Assembly (NCBI RefSeq): GCF_007748075.1
Contig: NZ_CP036280.1
Span: 1,710,001-1,742,000 of the forward strand
Length of the DNA stretch: 32,000 nucleotides
From: Mucisphaera calidilacus
GTDB taxonomy: Bacteria > Planctomycetota > Phycisphaerae > Phycisphaerales > Phycisphaeraceae
Direction: 5' to 3'
The position numbers and the translations under genes were made by a program. This document shows positions 1 through 8,352 of the stretch, piece after piece. Positions within the stretch are counted from its first letter, which is position 1. Each line of letters begins with the position of its first letter. The notes under the pieces were generated by a model that was not told the DNA's origin, did no database searches, and saw only the letters and a program-made list of their open reading frames with translations.

Positions 1-45
1 CTGACTGCCGACGATCAACCAGACTTCCAGTGAGTGAATATCCAT
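1..45 (-). CDS. araA: L-arabinose isomerase, 5' end only (runs off the left edge)
   Basis: Not in the ORF track. The reverse complement of 1..45 reads MDIHSLEVWLIVGSQ, which resembles the conserved AraA N-terminus (E. coli ...YEVWFVIGSQHLYG). GGAG lies 6 nt upstream of the ATG (43..45). The start is 19 nt downstream of the araD stop, on the same strand. Confidence 0.6.
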   Translation of the reverse strand, partial: MDIHSLEVWLIVGSQ

Positions 46-64
46 CCCGCGCTCCGGCTTGTTG

Positions 65-763
65 CTAGGTGGGTTGGCCGTAGTAGGCATCGGGCCCGTG
101 CTTGCGGGCCTGGTGTTTGGCCAGAACGTAGGGTTCCAGTTCGATCGGATCCCCGGTGAGGCGTTGCAGGTGCAGGGCCATCTCCGCCACGGCTTCGAGT
201 GCGACGGCGTTGTCCAGCGCCTTCGCGGGCGTTGTTCCCCAGGTGAAGGGCGCGTGGCCCGCGACCAGTACGGCGGGCAGGCGCAGGGGATCGTTCGCTT
301 GCTGTGAGAGGCATTCGACGATTGCCCGGCCGGTCTCGTGCTCGTAGTCGTTGGCGACCTGATCCTGTGTCAGCGGGCGTGTCACCGGAATCGGGCCGTC
401 GAAATGGTCGGCGTGCGTCGTGCCCGTGCAGGGGATCGGTCTGCGTGCCTGGGCGTACACGGTGGCGAAGCGGCTGTGCGTGTGGACGATCCCCCCGATG
501 CCCTCGAAGCGTCGGTAGAGTTCGAGGTGAGTGGGGGTGTCGGATGAGGGCCGCAGGCCGGATTCGAGAACGTCGCCTTGCAGATTGGTAACCACCATCT
601 GGTCGGGCGTGAGTTGCTCGTAGGGGACGCCGCTTGGCTTGATGACCATGTGGCGGCGATCTTCGCTGATGCCGCTGACGTTGCCCCAGGTCAGGGTGAC
701 CAGGCCCTCGGCGACGAGTCGACGGTTGGCGTGACAGACAGCCTGCTTGAGGTCATCGAGCAT
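65..763 (-). CDS. araD: L-ribulose-5-phosphate 4-epimerase (class II aldolase/adducin fold)
   Basis: 232-aa ORF with an ATG start. The N-terminus LTWGNVSG...MVIKPSGV and the metal-site region GGIVHTHS are typical of AraD. It is followed directly by an araA start. Confidence 0.9.
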   Translation of the reverse strand: MLDDLKQAVCHANRRLVAEGLVTLTWGNVSGISEDRRHMVIKPSGVPYEQLTPDQMVVTNLQGDVLESGLRPSSDTPTHLELYRRFEGIGGIVHTHSRFATVYAQARRPIPCTGTTHADHFDGPIPVTRPLTQDQVANDYEHETGRAIVECLSQQANDPLRLPAVLVAGHAPFTWGTTPAKALDNAVALEAVAEMALHLQRLTGDPIELEPYVLAKHQARKHGPDAYYGQPT

Positions 764-807
764 GGTCTTGACCCAGGGGCTGTGTGCTTTCCGGTCGCTT
801 GGTGCGC

Positions 808-2193
808 TCAGGCGTCACAGAGCTGTTCCTCCAGGCGATCCACACCCAGCTCGTTGCCGTTGCTCTCGATCACTCTGCCGTACCAGTGCGCGGAGAGTTT
901 GGGCGTGCGTTTCAGCGTCTGGTAGTCGACGTGGATCATCCCGAATCGCTGGGAGTAACCTTCTGCCCACTCGAAGTTGTCCATCAGCGACCAGTGGAAG
1001 TAGCCGCGGATGTCGACGCCATCGCTGGCGGCGTCGCGGAGGCGTGTCAGGTAGCGTGAGGCGAGGTCGATCCGGTGGTAGTCGTAGACTCTGCCATCGG
1101 AGGCGACCCAGTCGTGGCCGGACATGCCGTTCTCGGTGATGACGATGGGCAGCTTGTACCGTTCCTGGAGGAAATAGGGCCCCCAGTAGAGGCAGTCGGG
1201 CTCGAGCGGCCAGCCGATGAGGGTGTGGGGGGAACCTGCGGGACGCTTGTAGTGGAGATCGATCTCGGGTGTGCCGTTGGCGGGCGCTCCGGTGTAGATG
1301 TTCGCTCCGTAGAAATCCAGGGGCTGGTTGATGACCTTGAGGTCGGCGGGATCGAAGTTCGGCACATCCTCGGCGAAGAGACGCAGGCCGTCCTCGGGGT
1401 AGTGGCCGAGGATCACGGGGTCGGAGTACCAGGTGTTGCTCCAGTGTGTCTTCTCGGTGATGTCGAACATGAGGCTTCGAGCGTGGTCGATGTACTGGCG
1501 GTCGTTGTTGTGCGGGTAGCGCACGACACCCACCGGTGCCCAGCCGATCGTGGGGGTGTTGCGCGCGTGTTCGCGGATGGTGGATACGGCGCGTCCGTGG
1601 GCCATGAGCGCGTGGTGGGCGGCCAGCAGGACATCGGACCAGGGGAGCTTGCAGCCGGGGGCGTGCTGCCCGGTGTAGTGCCCCATGCCGATGAAGCACT
1701 GGGGTTCGTTCAGGGTCATCCAGTTGGTGACACGGTCCGAGAAGCGGTCGACGAGCAGGCGTGTGTAGGCCTCGAACCAGTCGGGTGACTCGCGGTTGAG
1801 CCAGCCGCCTCGGTTGTAGAGCGCGAGGGGGTAATCCCAGTGAAAGAGGGTCAACCAGGGCTGAACGTTCGCTTCGAGCAGGGCGTCGATCAGCCTGTCG
1901 TAGAAGGCCAGGCCGGCCTCATTGACCTTGCCGGTGCCCTCGGGGAGTACGCGTGACCAGGAGACCGAGAATCGGTAGCTGTTGATCCCGATCTGGCGCA
2001 TGAGTTCGACGTCCTCGCGATAGCGATTCACGTGATCGCAGGCGACGTCGCCGGTGTGTCCGTCGTGGACTTTGCCGGGCCAGCGACACATGCGGTCCCA
2101 CACGTTCGGGCCCTTGCCCTCGGCGTCCCACGCGCCCTCGATCTGATAAGAGGCTGTGGCGGCACCCCAGTGAAAATCGTCGCGAAAACTCAT
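808..2193 (-). CDS. GH1 beta-glucosidase/beta-galactosidase, no signal peptide (cytoplasmic)
   Basis: GH1 signatures are present: FHWGAATASYQIEGAW, acid/base TLNEP and nucleophile ITENG. I prefer the ATG at 2193 (GAGGAG 6 nt upstream) over the GTG at 2220 that opens the ORF-track entry. Confidence 0.92.
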   Translation of the reverse strand: MSFRDDFHWGAATASYQIEGAWDAEGKGPNVWDRMCRWPGKVHDGHTGDVACDHVNRYREDVELMRQIGINSYRFSVSWSRVLPEGTGKVNEAGLAFYDRLIDALLEANVQPWLTLFHWDYPLALYNRGGWLNRESPDWFEAYTRLLVDRFSDRVTNWMTLNEPQCFIGMGHYTGQHAPGCKLPWSDVLLAAHHALMAHGRAVSTIREHARNTPTIGWAPVGVVRYPHNNDRQYIDHARSLMFDITEKTHWSNTWYSDPVILGHYPEDGLRLFAEDVPNFDPADLKVINQPLDFYGANIYTGAPANGTPEIDLHYKRPAGSPHTLIGWPLEPDCLYWGPYFLQERYKLPIVITENGMSGHDWVASDGRVYDYHRIDLASRYLTRLRDAASDGVDIRGYFHWSLMDNFEWAEGYSQRFGMIHVDYQTLKRTPKLSAHWYGRVIESNGNELGVDRLEEQLCDA

Positions 2194-2303
2194 AGCGAAC
2201 TCCTCGTCAGGCTGTTGCACGGCGTGTTGATCCGTGGTGTGTTGAATGACTCAAAAGCAAGGTGGTCTGTTGTCCTGTGGCTTTAGCGGTTGCCCAGTTC
2301 TGG

Positions 2304-4940
2304 TCAGCCGTCCACGTCGAAGAGCTGCTTCGACTTGTCAGGGGCGGCGTCGCTCTCGGTTCTGGCTGCGAGCCGGACGACGCTGCCGAAGGTCAGTATC
2401 GCGGCGGTTGTCGGCGAGGGGATATTCGTCGTGCTGTAGGAGGCCGCCAGCAGCGACAGGTCGAGCAGGTTGACCTTGTCATCGCCCGAGAAGTTCCCCC
2501 CTGCCCATCCGGCCTTGCGGTTGAAGTTGGAGGCGAGTACGGAGAGGTCGAGCAGGTTGACGCTGCCGTTGAGGTCCGCGTCGCCAAAGGCCGTCTGGAG
2601 GATGTTGAGCACGAGTTCGTCGAGGTCGTTCTGGTCGACGTGGTCGTTGCCGTCGAGGTCGAAGATGGGGTCGATGGTCTCTCCGGTTCGGTTGATGATC
2701 GCGAGGACGAGCAGGTCGATGTCGGCGTCGTCGATGCGGCCGTCGCGGTTGAAGTCGCCGCGAAGCGCGTTGCCGCCCGGTTCGAGACGCGTGGTGTAGA
2801 CGCCGTTGCCCAGCGTTCCGACGTGGAGGTTCGTCGATGTGACGCCCGGGATGGGGAAGTGCCGATAGGGCAGCTTGCCGGTGACGTCGACGAAGCTCTC
2901 GCCGAAGTCGTAGCTGACTTTGACGCCTGTGTCGGTGCCGGCCGCGATGGTCATGGCGCCGAGGTCATCGACGTAGACGCTGACGCGTGCGGTGTTGTCG
3001 GCGAGGATCTGCTCCCATGTCGCGCCGCCATCGGCCGAGGTCAGGAGTCCGCCGTCGCCGGCTGCGAGGAAGACCTGCGGTCCCTGGTCGACCGGTCGTG
3101 TGGCCGCGGCGATCATCTGCGGGTTGCCTTGCGCGTCCCAGACGACTTGCCAGCTGGCGTTCTGCTCGGAGGTGGCGAGGGCGTAGACCTGATTGGTCAC
3201 GCCTGAGATGGCGAAGAGTGTTCCGTCGAGGGTGATGGCGAGTTGCGGTCCGCTGTTCCAGATCGACGACTCGAAGAGATCGACGCCGCCCGGGAGGCCG
3301 CTGCCCAGAAGCTGCCAGTTGTCGCCGGCATCGATGGATCGGTAGACGCCGCCACCCTGCGCGGTCTGCCCGGATACCGTGACGAAGACGGTGTCGGCGT
3401 CGTTCGGGTCGGCGATGACGGAGTTGATGAACAGAGATTCGGTGAGTGCGCCCGGGAGGCCGCGCATCTGCGGGTAGTAGAAGGATTCTCCCTTGTTGTC
3501 GCTGACCGCCATGGTGGACGACTCCCACTGGCCCGGGTTCCGGTTGCCGATGGCGTAGAGACGATTGGCGTTGTCGGGCGTGAGTGCGATGCCCTTTACG
3601 TTGCTGTAGAGCATATTACCCGGCATGGCGATCTTGGTGAAGGATAGCCCGCCGTCGGTGGAGCGGAGGTAGCCGTTGTCGCACATGCCGAGGTGGACGA
3701 TGTTGGGGTCGTCGGGGTCGGGCACGACCATGTGGATCACGGTGCTCTCGATGCCGTCGACCGAGAGTTCCCAGTTCTGCCCGGCGTCCTCGGTGCGCCA
3801 GACGGAGTACCAGTCGCTCATGAACCATCGGTCTTCGTCGTCGGGGTCGACGGTGATGCTGGCGGCCGCCTTGCCGTAGTGGGACCACCCGCCGTGGTCG
3901 TCGTCGTGGTTGCCGTACCACCATTCGTCGCTGTTGACGCTCTGGCGCGGGACCGTCTGCCAGCGGTTGACGCCGGCATCGAGTTTGTAGACGTCGCCCT
4001 GCCCGCCGACGGTGAGGGTGAAGTCGGGTCCGGTGCCGATGCCGCGGAAGGTGTTCTTGCGCCACTCGCCGATGCCGCCGCCTGCGTCGGCCGGCAGGCC
4101 GCCGCTGATGTCCTGCCAGCTCTGCCCGTCGTCGGTTGAGGCGCGGACCCTGGTGTCGAAGAGGCCGATCAGCCGTGACGGATCGCCGGGGTCCTGCGTG
4201 ATCTCGGTGGGGCCGGCGTCGGCGAGCTGGACCCATGTCTTGCCGGCGTCGCTGCTGAACCAGAAGCCTGCGTCCAGCTCGACGAACTGGCCGCCGTGCG
4301 CCCAACTCTCCTCGGCACTGGCCATCATCCAGACGCGGTCGCTGTCGTTCTGATCGAAATAGATGTCCGTGACGAGCATGCCGGAGGGCCCGGTGTGGTC
4401 CCAGGTCGCTCCGCCGTCCTCCGAGCGGTAGAAGGCTCCTGCGCCGCCTGCGAGCACGACGTCGGGGTTGTCGGGGTGGCGGACGACCTTGCTGCCGTCC
4501 TGTCGGCCGTTGGCGTTGTTCCAGAATCGTGAGGGCTGGACGAGGTCCCAGGTCTCTCCTTCGTCGGTCGAGCGCCAGATGCCGCCGGGTGCGCGCCATC
4601 GCGTCCCTGTGGTGATGATCAGGTCCGAGGGGTTGGTCGGGTGAACGCTGACTGTTCCGATGGAGTAGATGTCGCCGAGTCCCTCGGGCAGATTCTGGTG
4701 GACGGCGTGCCAGGTGACGCCGTCGTCGTCGCTGCGGTAGAAGCCGCCGACGTCGATGGTGGCGTACCAGCGGTCTTTGACCGAGGGGTCGGGGATGACG
4801 TCGACGATGTAGCCCCCGCCGCCGATGCGTGAGGAGACCCAGCCGTCGTAGTCGCGGTGCGGCTCAGCGCCCTGGGGCGTGGTTTGTGCGAGGCTGGTCG
4901 CGGTCAGTGCGAGCAGAGCAATGAGTACCGTACGGATCAT
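2304..4940 (-). CDS. Secreted BNR/Asp-box beta-propeller protein (GH74-like or sortilin-like) with a C-terminal double dockerin cassette and a degenerate PEP-CTERM-like tail
   Basis: Sec signal MIRTVLIALLALTATSLA-QT. About 11 Asp-box motifs (S/T-x-D-x-G-x-T/S-W/F), e.g. YRSDDDGVTW, WRSTDEGETW, YRSEDGGATW, LTSADGGATW. Dockerin-type loops GDFNRDGRIDDADIDLL, DLDGNDHVDQNDLD, GDADLNGSVNLLDLS and GDDKVNLLDLS. Confidence 0.8.
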   Translation of the reverse strand: MIRTVLIALLALTATSLAQTTPQGAEPHRDYDGWVSSRIGGGGYIVDVIPDPSVKDRWYATIDVGGFYRSDDDGVTWHAVHQNLPEGLGDIYSIGTVSVHPTNPSDLIITTGTRWRAPGGIWRSTDEGETWDLVQPSRFWNNANGRQDGSKVVRHPDNPDVVLAGGAGAFYRSEDGGATWDHTGPSGMLVTDIYFDQNDSDRVWMMASAEESWAHGGQFVELDAGFWFSSDAGKTWVQLADAGPTEITQDPGDPSRLIGLFDTRVRASTDDGQSWQDISGGLPADAGGGIGEWRKNTFRGIGTGPDFTLTVGGQGDVYKLDAGVNRWQTVPRQSVNSDEWWYGNHDDDHGGWSHYGKAAASITVDPDDEDRWFMSDWYSVWRTEDAGQNWELSVDGIESTVIHMVVPDPDDPNIVHLGMCDNGYLRSTDGGLSFTKIAMPGNMLYSNVKGIALTPDNANRLYAIGNRNPGQWESSTMAVSDNKGESFYYPQMRGLPGALTESLFINSVIADPNDADTVFVTVSGQTAQGGGVYRSIDAGDNWQLLGSGLPGGVDLFESSIWNSGPQLAITLDGTLFAISGVTNQVYALATSEQNASWQVVWDAQGNPQMIAAATRPVDQGPQVFLAAGDGGLLTSADGGATWEQILADNTARVSVYVDDLGAMTIAAGTDTGVKVSYDFGESFVDVTGKLPYRHFPIPGVTSTNLHVGTLGNGVYTTRLEPGGNALRGDFNRDGRIDDADIDLLVLAIINRTGETIDPIFDLDGNDHVDQNDLDELVLNILQTAFGDADLNGSVNLLDLSVLASNFNRKAGWAGGNFSGDDKVNLLDLSLLAASYSTTNIPSPTTAAILTFGSVVRLAARTESDAAPDKSKQLFDVDG

Positions 4941-5053
4941 GGGCCTGTGCTCCGGGGAAGCGCATGGATCGGGTGATCATGCGTGGGGTTGCGGCTGGAA
5001 GGGGCTCGGCGGGCGTCAACCGGCCGAGTCCGCGGAGGAGGTATCGTCGGGGT

Positions 5054-5902
5054 TCAGTTTTCCCACCAGCGCCATGGCGAGCCCTTGTCGTCGAGGCCTC
5101 TGCCGTTGTTGTCGATGAGTTGCTCCGCGCTCATACCGGAGACGTGGCCGTCCATGAAGACCATGTTGGCGGTAGCGCCCTTGTTGTAGAAGTCGAAATC
5201 TCGGTTGACGGCTTCATCGGGCAGGGCTCTGTCCCCGCCGTGTCGAAAGCCGGGGAGTGTGATCCATGGCTGATTGAAGGGTGCTGTGGTGTAGCCCCCC
5301 TGCGGCCAGCCGAGATAGCCGTCGACGGAGGCCATGTAGTTGGCGTCGCCGACTCGGACGCTGCTGTACTGCTCGGAGACGACATCGCCGTTGGTCTCGC
5401 CGGCCATGATGGTTCCGGAGGCGTTGTTGGGTGCGTCGATGCTGTAGGCCCACTTGGGACTCGAGTTGGGATAGGTGGCGAGATCGCCCTGCATGAAGCT
5501 GTTGGGCGCGGAGGTGAACTTGTCATCCTCGACGAAATCGGAGGCGGGGCAGTTGAACATGTTGTCGGGGTTGGACCGCCAGGATTGGCGATTCTCCAGA
5601 GTGCCCTCATTGTCGAGGACGGGGATGTAGGGTGCGAGGTTCTCCTGCCAGAACTCGGCGAGTCCAGCGCCGACGCCGTCCACGTCCCATGCCTGCTCGT
5701 AGGTCCAGGCCATCAGGTCCTTGTGATCGTGGGCGTAGGTGATGTTTCCGATGCCCATCTGGCGGAAGTTTGAGGAGCAGCGCATGTTGACCGCGGTGGC
5801 CCGGGCGGCGCCGAGTGCGGGGAGCAGGATGCCGATGAGCAACGCGATGATGGAGATGACGACGAGGAGCTCGATCAGAGTGAAGGCGTTGTGGCGTCGC
5901 AT
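5054..5902 (-). CDS. Prepilin-type N-terminal cleavage/methylation domain protein, DUF1559-like (pseudopilin-like)
   Basis: Class III leader MRRHNA|[28 protein letters not shown] with Glu at +5. The C-terminal ...[11 protein letters not shown] resembles the H-X9-DG tail, but with a long insertion after the His. AAGGA lies 8 nt upstream of the ATG. Confidence 0.9.
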   Translation of the reverse strand: MRRHNAFTLIELLVVISIIALLIGILLPALGAARATAVNMRCSSNFRQMGIGNITYAHDHKDLMAWTYEQAWDVDGVGAGLAEFWQENLAPYIPVLDNEGTLENRQSWRSNPDNMFNCPASDFVEDDKFTSAPNSFMQGDLATYPNSSPKWAYSIDAPNNASGTIMAGETNGDVVSEQYSSVRVGDANYMASVDGYLGWPQGGYTTAPFNQPWITLPGFRHGGDRALPDEAVNRDFDFYNKGATANMVFMDGHVSGMSAEQLIDNNGRGLDDKGSPWRWWEN

Positions 5903-5930
5903 GGTTCCGTTCCTTGCTTAAGGCGGTGCG

Positions 5931-5944
5931 TGAAATCAATTTCG
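5931..5944. promoter_or_regulatory. Dyad TGAAAT-CA-ATTTCG upstream of the DUF1559 gene, a third copy of the CGAAAT-N2-ATTTCG element
   Basis: Read directly from the sequence. It lies 29..42 nt upstream of the ATG at 5902 (minus strand), and the right flank extends to TTTCGTG (5940..5946). Confidence 0.35.
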
Positions 5945-5951
5945 TGCTGTG

Positions 5952-5967
5952 GGGCCGACGTCGGCCC
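5952..5967 (-). terminator. Perfect 16-bp palindrome GGGCCGACGTCGGCCC downstream of the 6022..7065 gene
   Basis: Read directly from the sequence. It gives a 6-bp G+C stem with an ACGT loop, 55 nt past the stop at 6022 on the minus strand. No U-tract follows. Confidence 0.3.
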
Positions 5968-6021
5968 GAAGACCCGGACACGCGGTTGTGCGTGCCCGGG
6001 CGTGGGTGGCGAGACGAGGCC

Positions 6022-7065
6022 TTATGAACGGCGGGTCAGGGCCGCGAGTGCGAGGGTCATCAGCGCCGCGGAAGCGGGCGCGGGGACGGCGTTGTCGACG
6101 CCGAAGTTCGACGCGAGGGACGAGAGATCGAGCAGGTCGACGACCGCGTCGGTGTTGAAGTTGCCGCCGGCCCAGCCGGCGATGCCCTCGAAGTTGGAGG
6201 CGAGGGCGGAGAGGTCGAGCAGGTCGACGGCGAGGTCCAGGTTGGCGTCGCCGAAGGACGTACCGAGGACGGTCTCGATCATGAAGGTGAAATCGCCCTG
6301 ATCGACGCCGTTGATGCCGTCGAGGTCATAGATCGGGTCGGTGGAGCCCAGGTCGATCTCGGCGGCGAGGATGTCAATGTCGTCGGCATCGACGATGCCG
6401 TTCTGGTCGAAATCGCCGACCAGGCCGGAGCCGGTGCCGTCGTCGCCATCGAGTTTGACCGACTGAACGTGGAGCGACCAGGCGGCGTTGTCAGCCGAGG
6501 CGCCTTGGGGTCGGCCGTAGACCTCGATCAGGACGTGCGGGGCCTCAGGCACGAACACGGATCCGGACTGGAAGTCGTTCTCGCCGGTCCAGTCCATGTC
6601 GAGTTCAACCCAGGGCTCATCGGTGCTGTAGCGGTAGTACGGGATGACCGCGGTATCGAGTGTGTTGTAGGCGGGGTCGTAGCTTGCGTCGAAGGCGGTG
6701 CGGTCGGTCCACATCCACGCCTCGATATCGATCTTGGTGAAGACGTAGCTGTCACTCTCGGTACCGAACCCGGGGAGCTTGCCGTTGTTCGCGTCGTACT
6801 CCATCGAGCCGAGTTGGGTGTAGGGCGTGCCCATGTCACTCGACCACCAGGTGATCTCGAAGTGGCCGTCGTCGACGTTGTCTTCGCTGTAGGGCCAGCC
6901 GGTGCCGGGGAAGACGGACCAGGCGGCGCCGTCGACGAACGCCTCGGCGAACAGGTCGCCGGCGTGGAGGGTGTCGGTGAAGCTGGTGAAGACCGCGTGG
7001 GCCTGACCGGCGGCGAAGAGGCTGGCGGCGAGGGCGGCGGTTGCGGTGACGCAGGTACGGTTCAT
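6022..7065 (-). CDS. Secreted protein of unknown function with a double dockerin cassette and a PEP-CTERM-type anchor (VPAP variant)
   Basis: I prefer the start at 7065 (AAGGAG 6 nt upstream), which gives the signal peptide MNRTCVTATAALAASLFAAGQAHA. The ORF-track start at 7110 adds 15 residues. The C-terminus has GDFDQNGIVDADDIDIL, DLDGINGVDQGDF, GDANLDLAVDLLDLSALASNFEGIAGWAGGNFNTDAVVDLLDLSSLASNF, then VPAPASAALMTLALAALTRRS. Confidence 0.8.
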   Translation of the reverse strand: MNRTCVTATAALAASLFAAGQAHAVFTSFTDTLHAGDLFAEAFVDGAAWSVFPGTGWPYSEDNVDDGHFEITWWSSDMGTPYTQLGSMEYDANNGKLPGFGTESDSYVFTKIDIEAWMWTDRTAFDASYDPAYNTLDTAVIPYYRYSTDEPWVELDMDWTGENDFQSGSVFVPEAPHVLIEVYGRPQGASADNAAWSLHVQSVKLDGDDGTGSGLVGDFDQNGIVDADDIDILAAEIDLGSTDPIYDLDGINGVDQGDFTFMIETVLGTSFGDANLDLAVDLLDLSALASNFEGIAGWAGGNFNTDAVVDLLDLSSLASNFGVDNAVPAPASAALMTLALAALTRRS

Positions 7066-7176
7066 GATCTTCTCCTTCTTGATCTTGGTTGGGACGTTTA
7101 AGAGATGCATGGTTTGGCCTGAGAGACGATTGAGAACGGGGACGGATACAAGCGGCGACGAGCCGCGGACAGTCGT

Positions 7177-8226
7177 TTACGCGCCCTTGGGCGGCGCGGT
7201 TGATTCACGGACGATGAGGCTCTCGTCCACGTGGATGATGCGGTCGTTGGCGTCGATCGAGCCTTTGTCCATCCAGCGGAGCAGGAGCGTCGCTGCGGCC
7301 TCGCCCATGGTCTCACCCGGGACCGAGATGCAGGTCAGGGGCGGGTTGACCTCTTCGCAGGGGAAGGCGTCGTTGAAGCAGATGAGGCTGACGTCATCCG
7401 GGATCGAGAGCCCCATGCGTTGGATGGCGCTCATGTGCTGGATGGCCATGACGTGGTGATAGCTGAGGATGGCCGTAGCGCCGTAGTCTTCGATGGCGGC
7501 GCGGACGCCTTGCTCTGCGGTGAGCGAGTAGTCGTTCGCGCAGTCCATTGGCTGGAGGCCGTTGGCGTTCATGGCCTCGATGTAGGCGTTGAGTCGGGTT
7601 CGGCTTGAGACGTGGTGGTCCGGCTCAATGGGGTGCTGCTCGGAGTAGCGTGTCTTGAGGAAGGCGATGCGCTCGTGGCCGAGTTGGCGGAGGTGGTTGA
7701 TGGCGAGCTGCGTGCCCTGCGGATCGTTCGCGACGACCGAGGCGCCGTGCCTGGCGGCGGGCCCGTTGACGCAGACATAGGGGGTTCCACTTCGGTCGAG
7801 TTTGTCGAGTTGGCTGTGGTAGTCGCTCGAGACCACGATGATGCCATCAACGCGCCATCGCGGCGGCGCGTACTGATCGCGGTTGGGGCCCAGGAAGGTG
7901 GAGCTGACGTCGTAGGCGTGCTCCGAGAAGCGTTCGAGCATGCGGTTGATGGCGGCCTCGTCGGTGCCACGGCTGGACCAGCCGAAGTCACGCAGGCCGA
8001 TCAGGGCGATGAGGTTGGTTTTCTTGGCGCGGAGGCTGCGGACGAAGGGGTTGGGTTCGAAGCCGAGTTCCTTGGCGGCGTCGAGGACGCGTTGCCTGAC
8101 CTCATCGCGGATGGTGAAATTCTTCGTGTAGTTGTTGAGCACTCGGCTGACGGTGGACTTGGCGACACCGCTGCGTTCGGCGACGTCGTCGAGTCGCGGT
8201 CGAGTTGGTGCGGTGGTGCGTGGCAT
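7177..8226 (-). CDS. LacI/GalR-family transcriptional regulator
   Basis: N-terminal HTH LDDVAERSGVAKSTVSRVLNN, followed by a periplasmic-binding-protein-like sugar-sensor domain of typical length (349 aa). ATG start. Confidence 0.92.
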   Translation of the reverse strand: MPRTTAPTRPRLDDVAERSGVAKSTVSRVLNNYTKNFTIRDEVRQRVLDAAKELGFEPNPFVRSLRAKKTNLIALIGLRDFGWSSRGTDEAAINRMLERFSEHAYDVSSTFLGPNRDQYAPPRWRVDGIIVVSSDYHSQLDKLDRSGTPYVCVNGPAARHGASVVANDPQGTQLAINHLRQLGHERIAFLKTRYSEQHPIEPDHHVSSRTRLNAYIEAMNANGLQPMDCANDYSLTAEQGVRAAIEDYGATAILSYHHVMAIQHMSAIQRMGLSIPDDVSLICFNDAFPCEEVNPPLTCISVPGETMGEAAATLLLRWMDKGSIDANDRIIHVDESLIVRESTAPPKGA

Positions 8227-8279
8227 TGACGTTGATCCAGTTGGCGAAGCGACTTACGAAACACGAAATTCTGGAAACG

Positions 8280-8295
8280 GCGAAACTGATTTCGT
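8280..8295. promoter_or_regulatory. Dyad GCGAAAC-TG-ATTTCGT, a second copy of the CGAAAT-N2-ATTTCG element (5/6 core match)
   Basis: Read directly from the sequence. Same spacing and core as 8337..8352. Confidence 0.35.
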
Positions 8296-8336
8296 CTGAC
8301 GGGTGTAACATGGCACACGTGAACCCGAAAAGCAAG

Positions 8337-8352
8337 GCGAAATCTATTTCGC
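8337..8352. promoter_or_regulatory. 16-bp dyad GCGAAAT-CT-ATTTCGC (7+7 perfect arms), candidate operator
   Basis: Read directly from the sequence: arms at 8337..8343 and 8346..8352 are exact reverse complements. It lies 111 bp from the LacI start and 126 bp from the GH140-like start. Confidence 0.45.

Noticed and set aside
2262-3206. Long opposite-strand ORFs inside confident genes: 2262..3206, 6469..7101, 7612..8229, 11908..12864, 17313..18530, 19839..20405 and many shorter ones.
   Set aside because: All overlap genes with clear family motifs, have Val/Asp/Gly/Arg-rich low-information translations, and are explained by GC3 bias. No independent evidence supports them.
2304-7065. Interpreting the dockerin-bearing proteins as a cellulosome.
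   Set aside because: No cohesin or scaffoldin-like repeats are visible anywhere in the window, and the proteins carry exosortase-type anchors. I call only dockerin-like modules with an unknown partner.
8273-8296. An ECF-sigma-like promoter, GGAAAC ... CGTC.
   Set aside because: The spacing between AAC and CGT is 14 nt rather than the 16-17 nt typical of ECF promoters. The match also overlaps the CGAAA half-site array and may be incidental.
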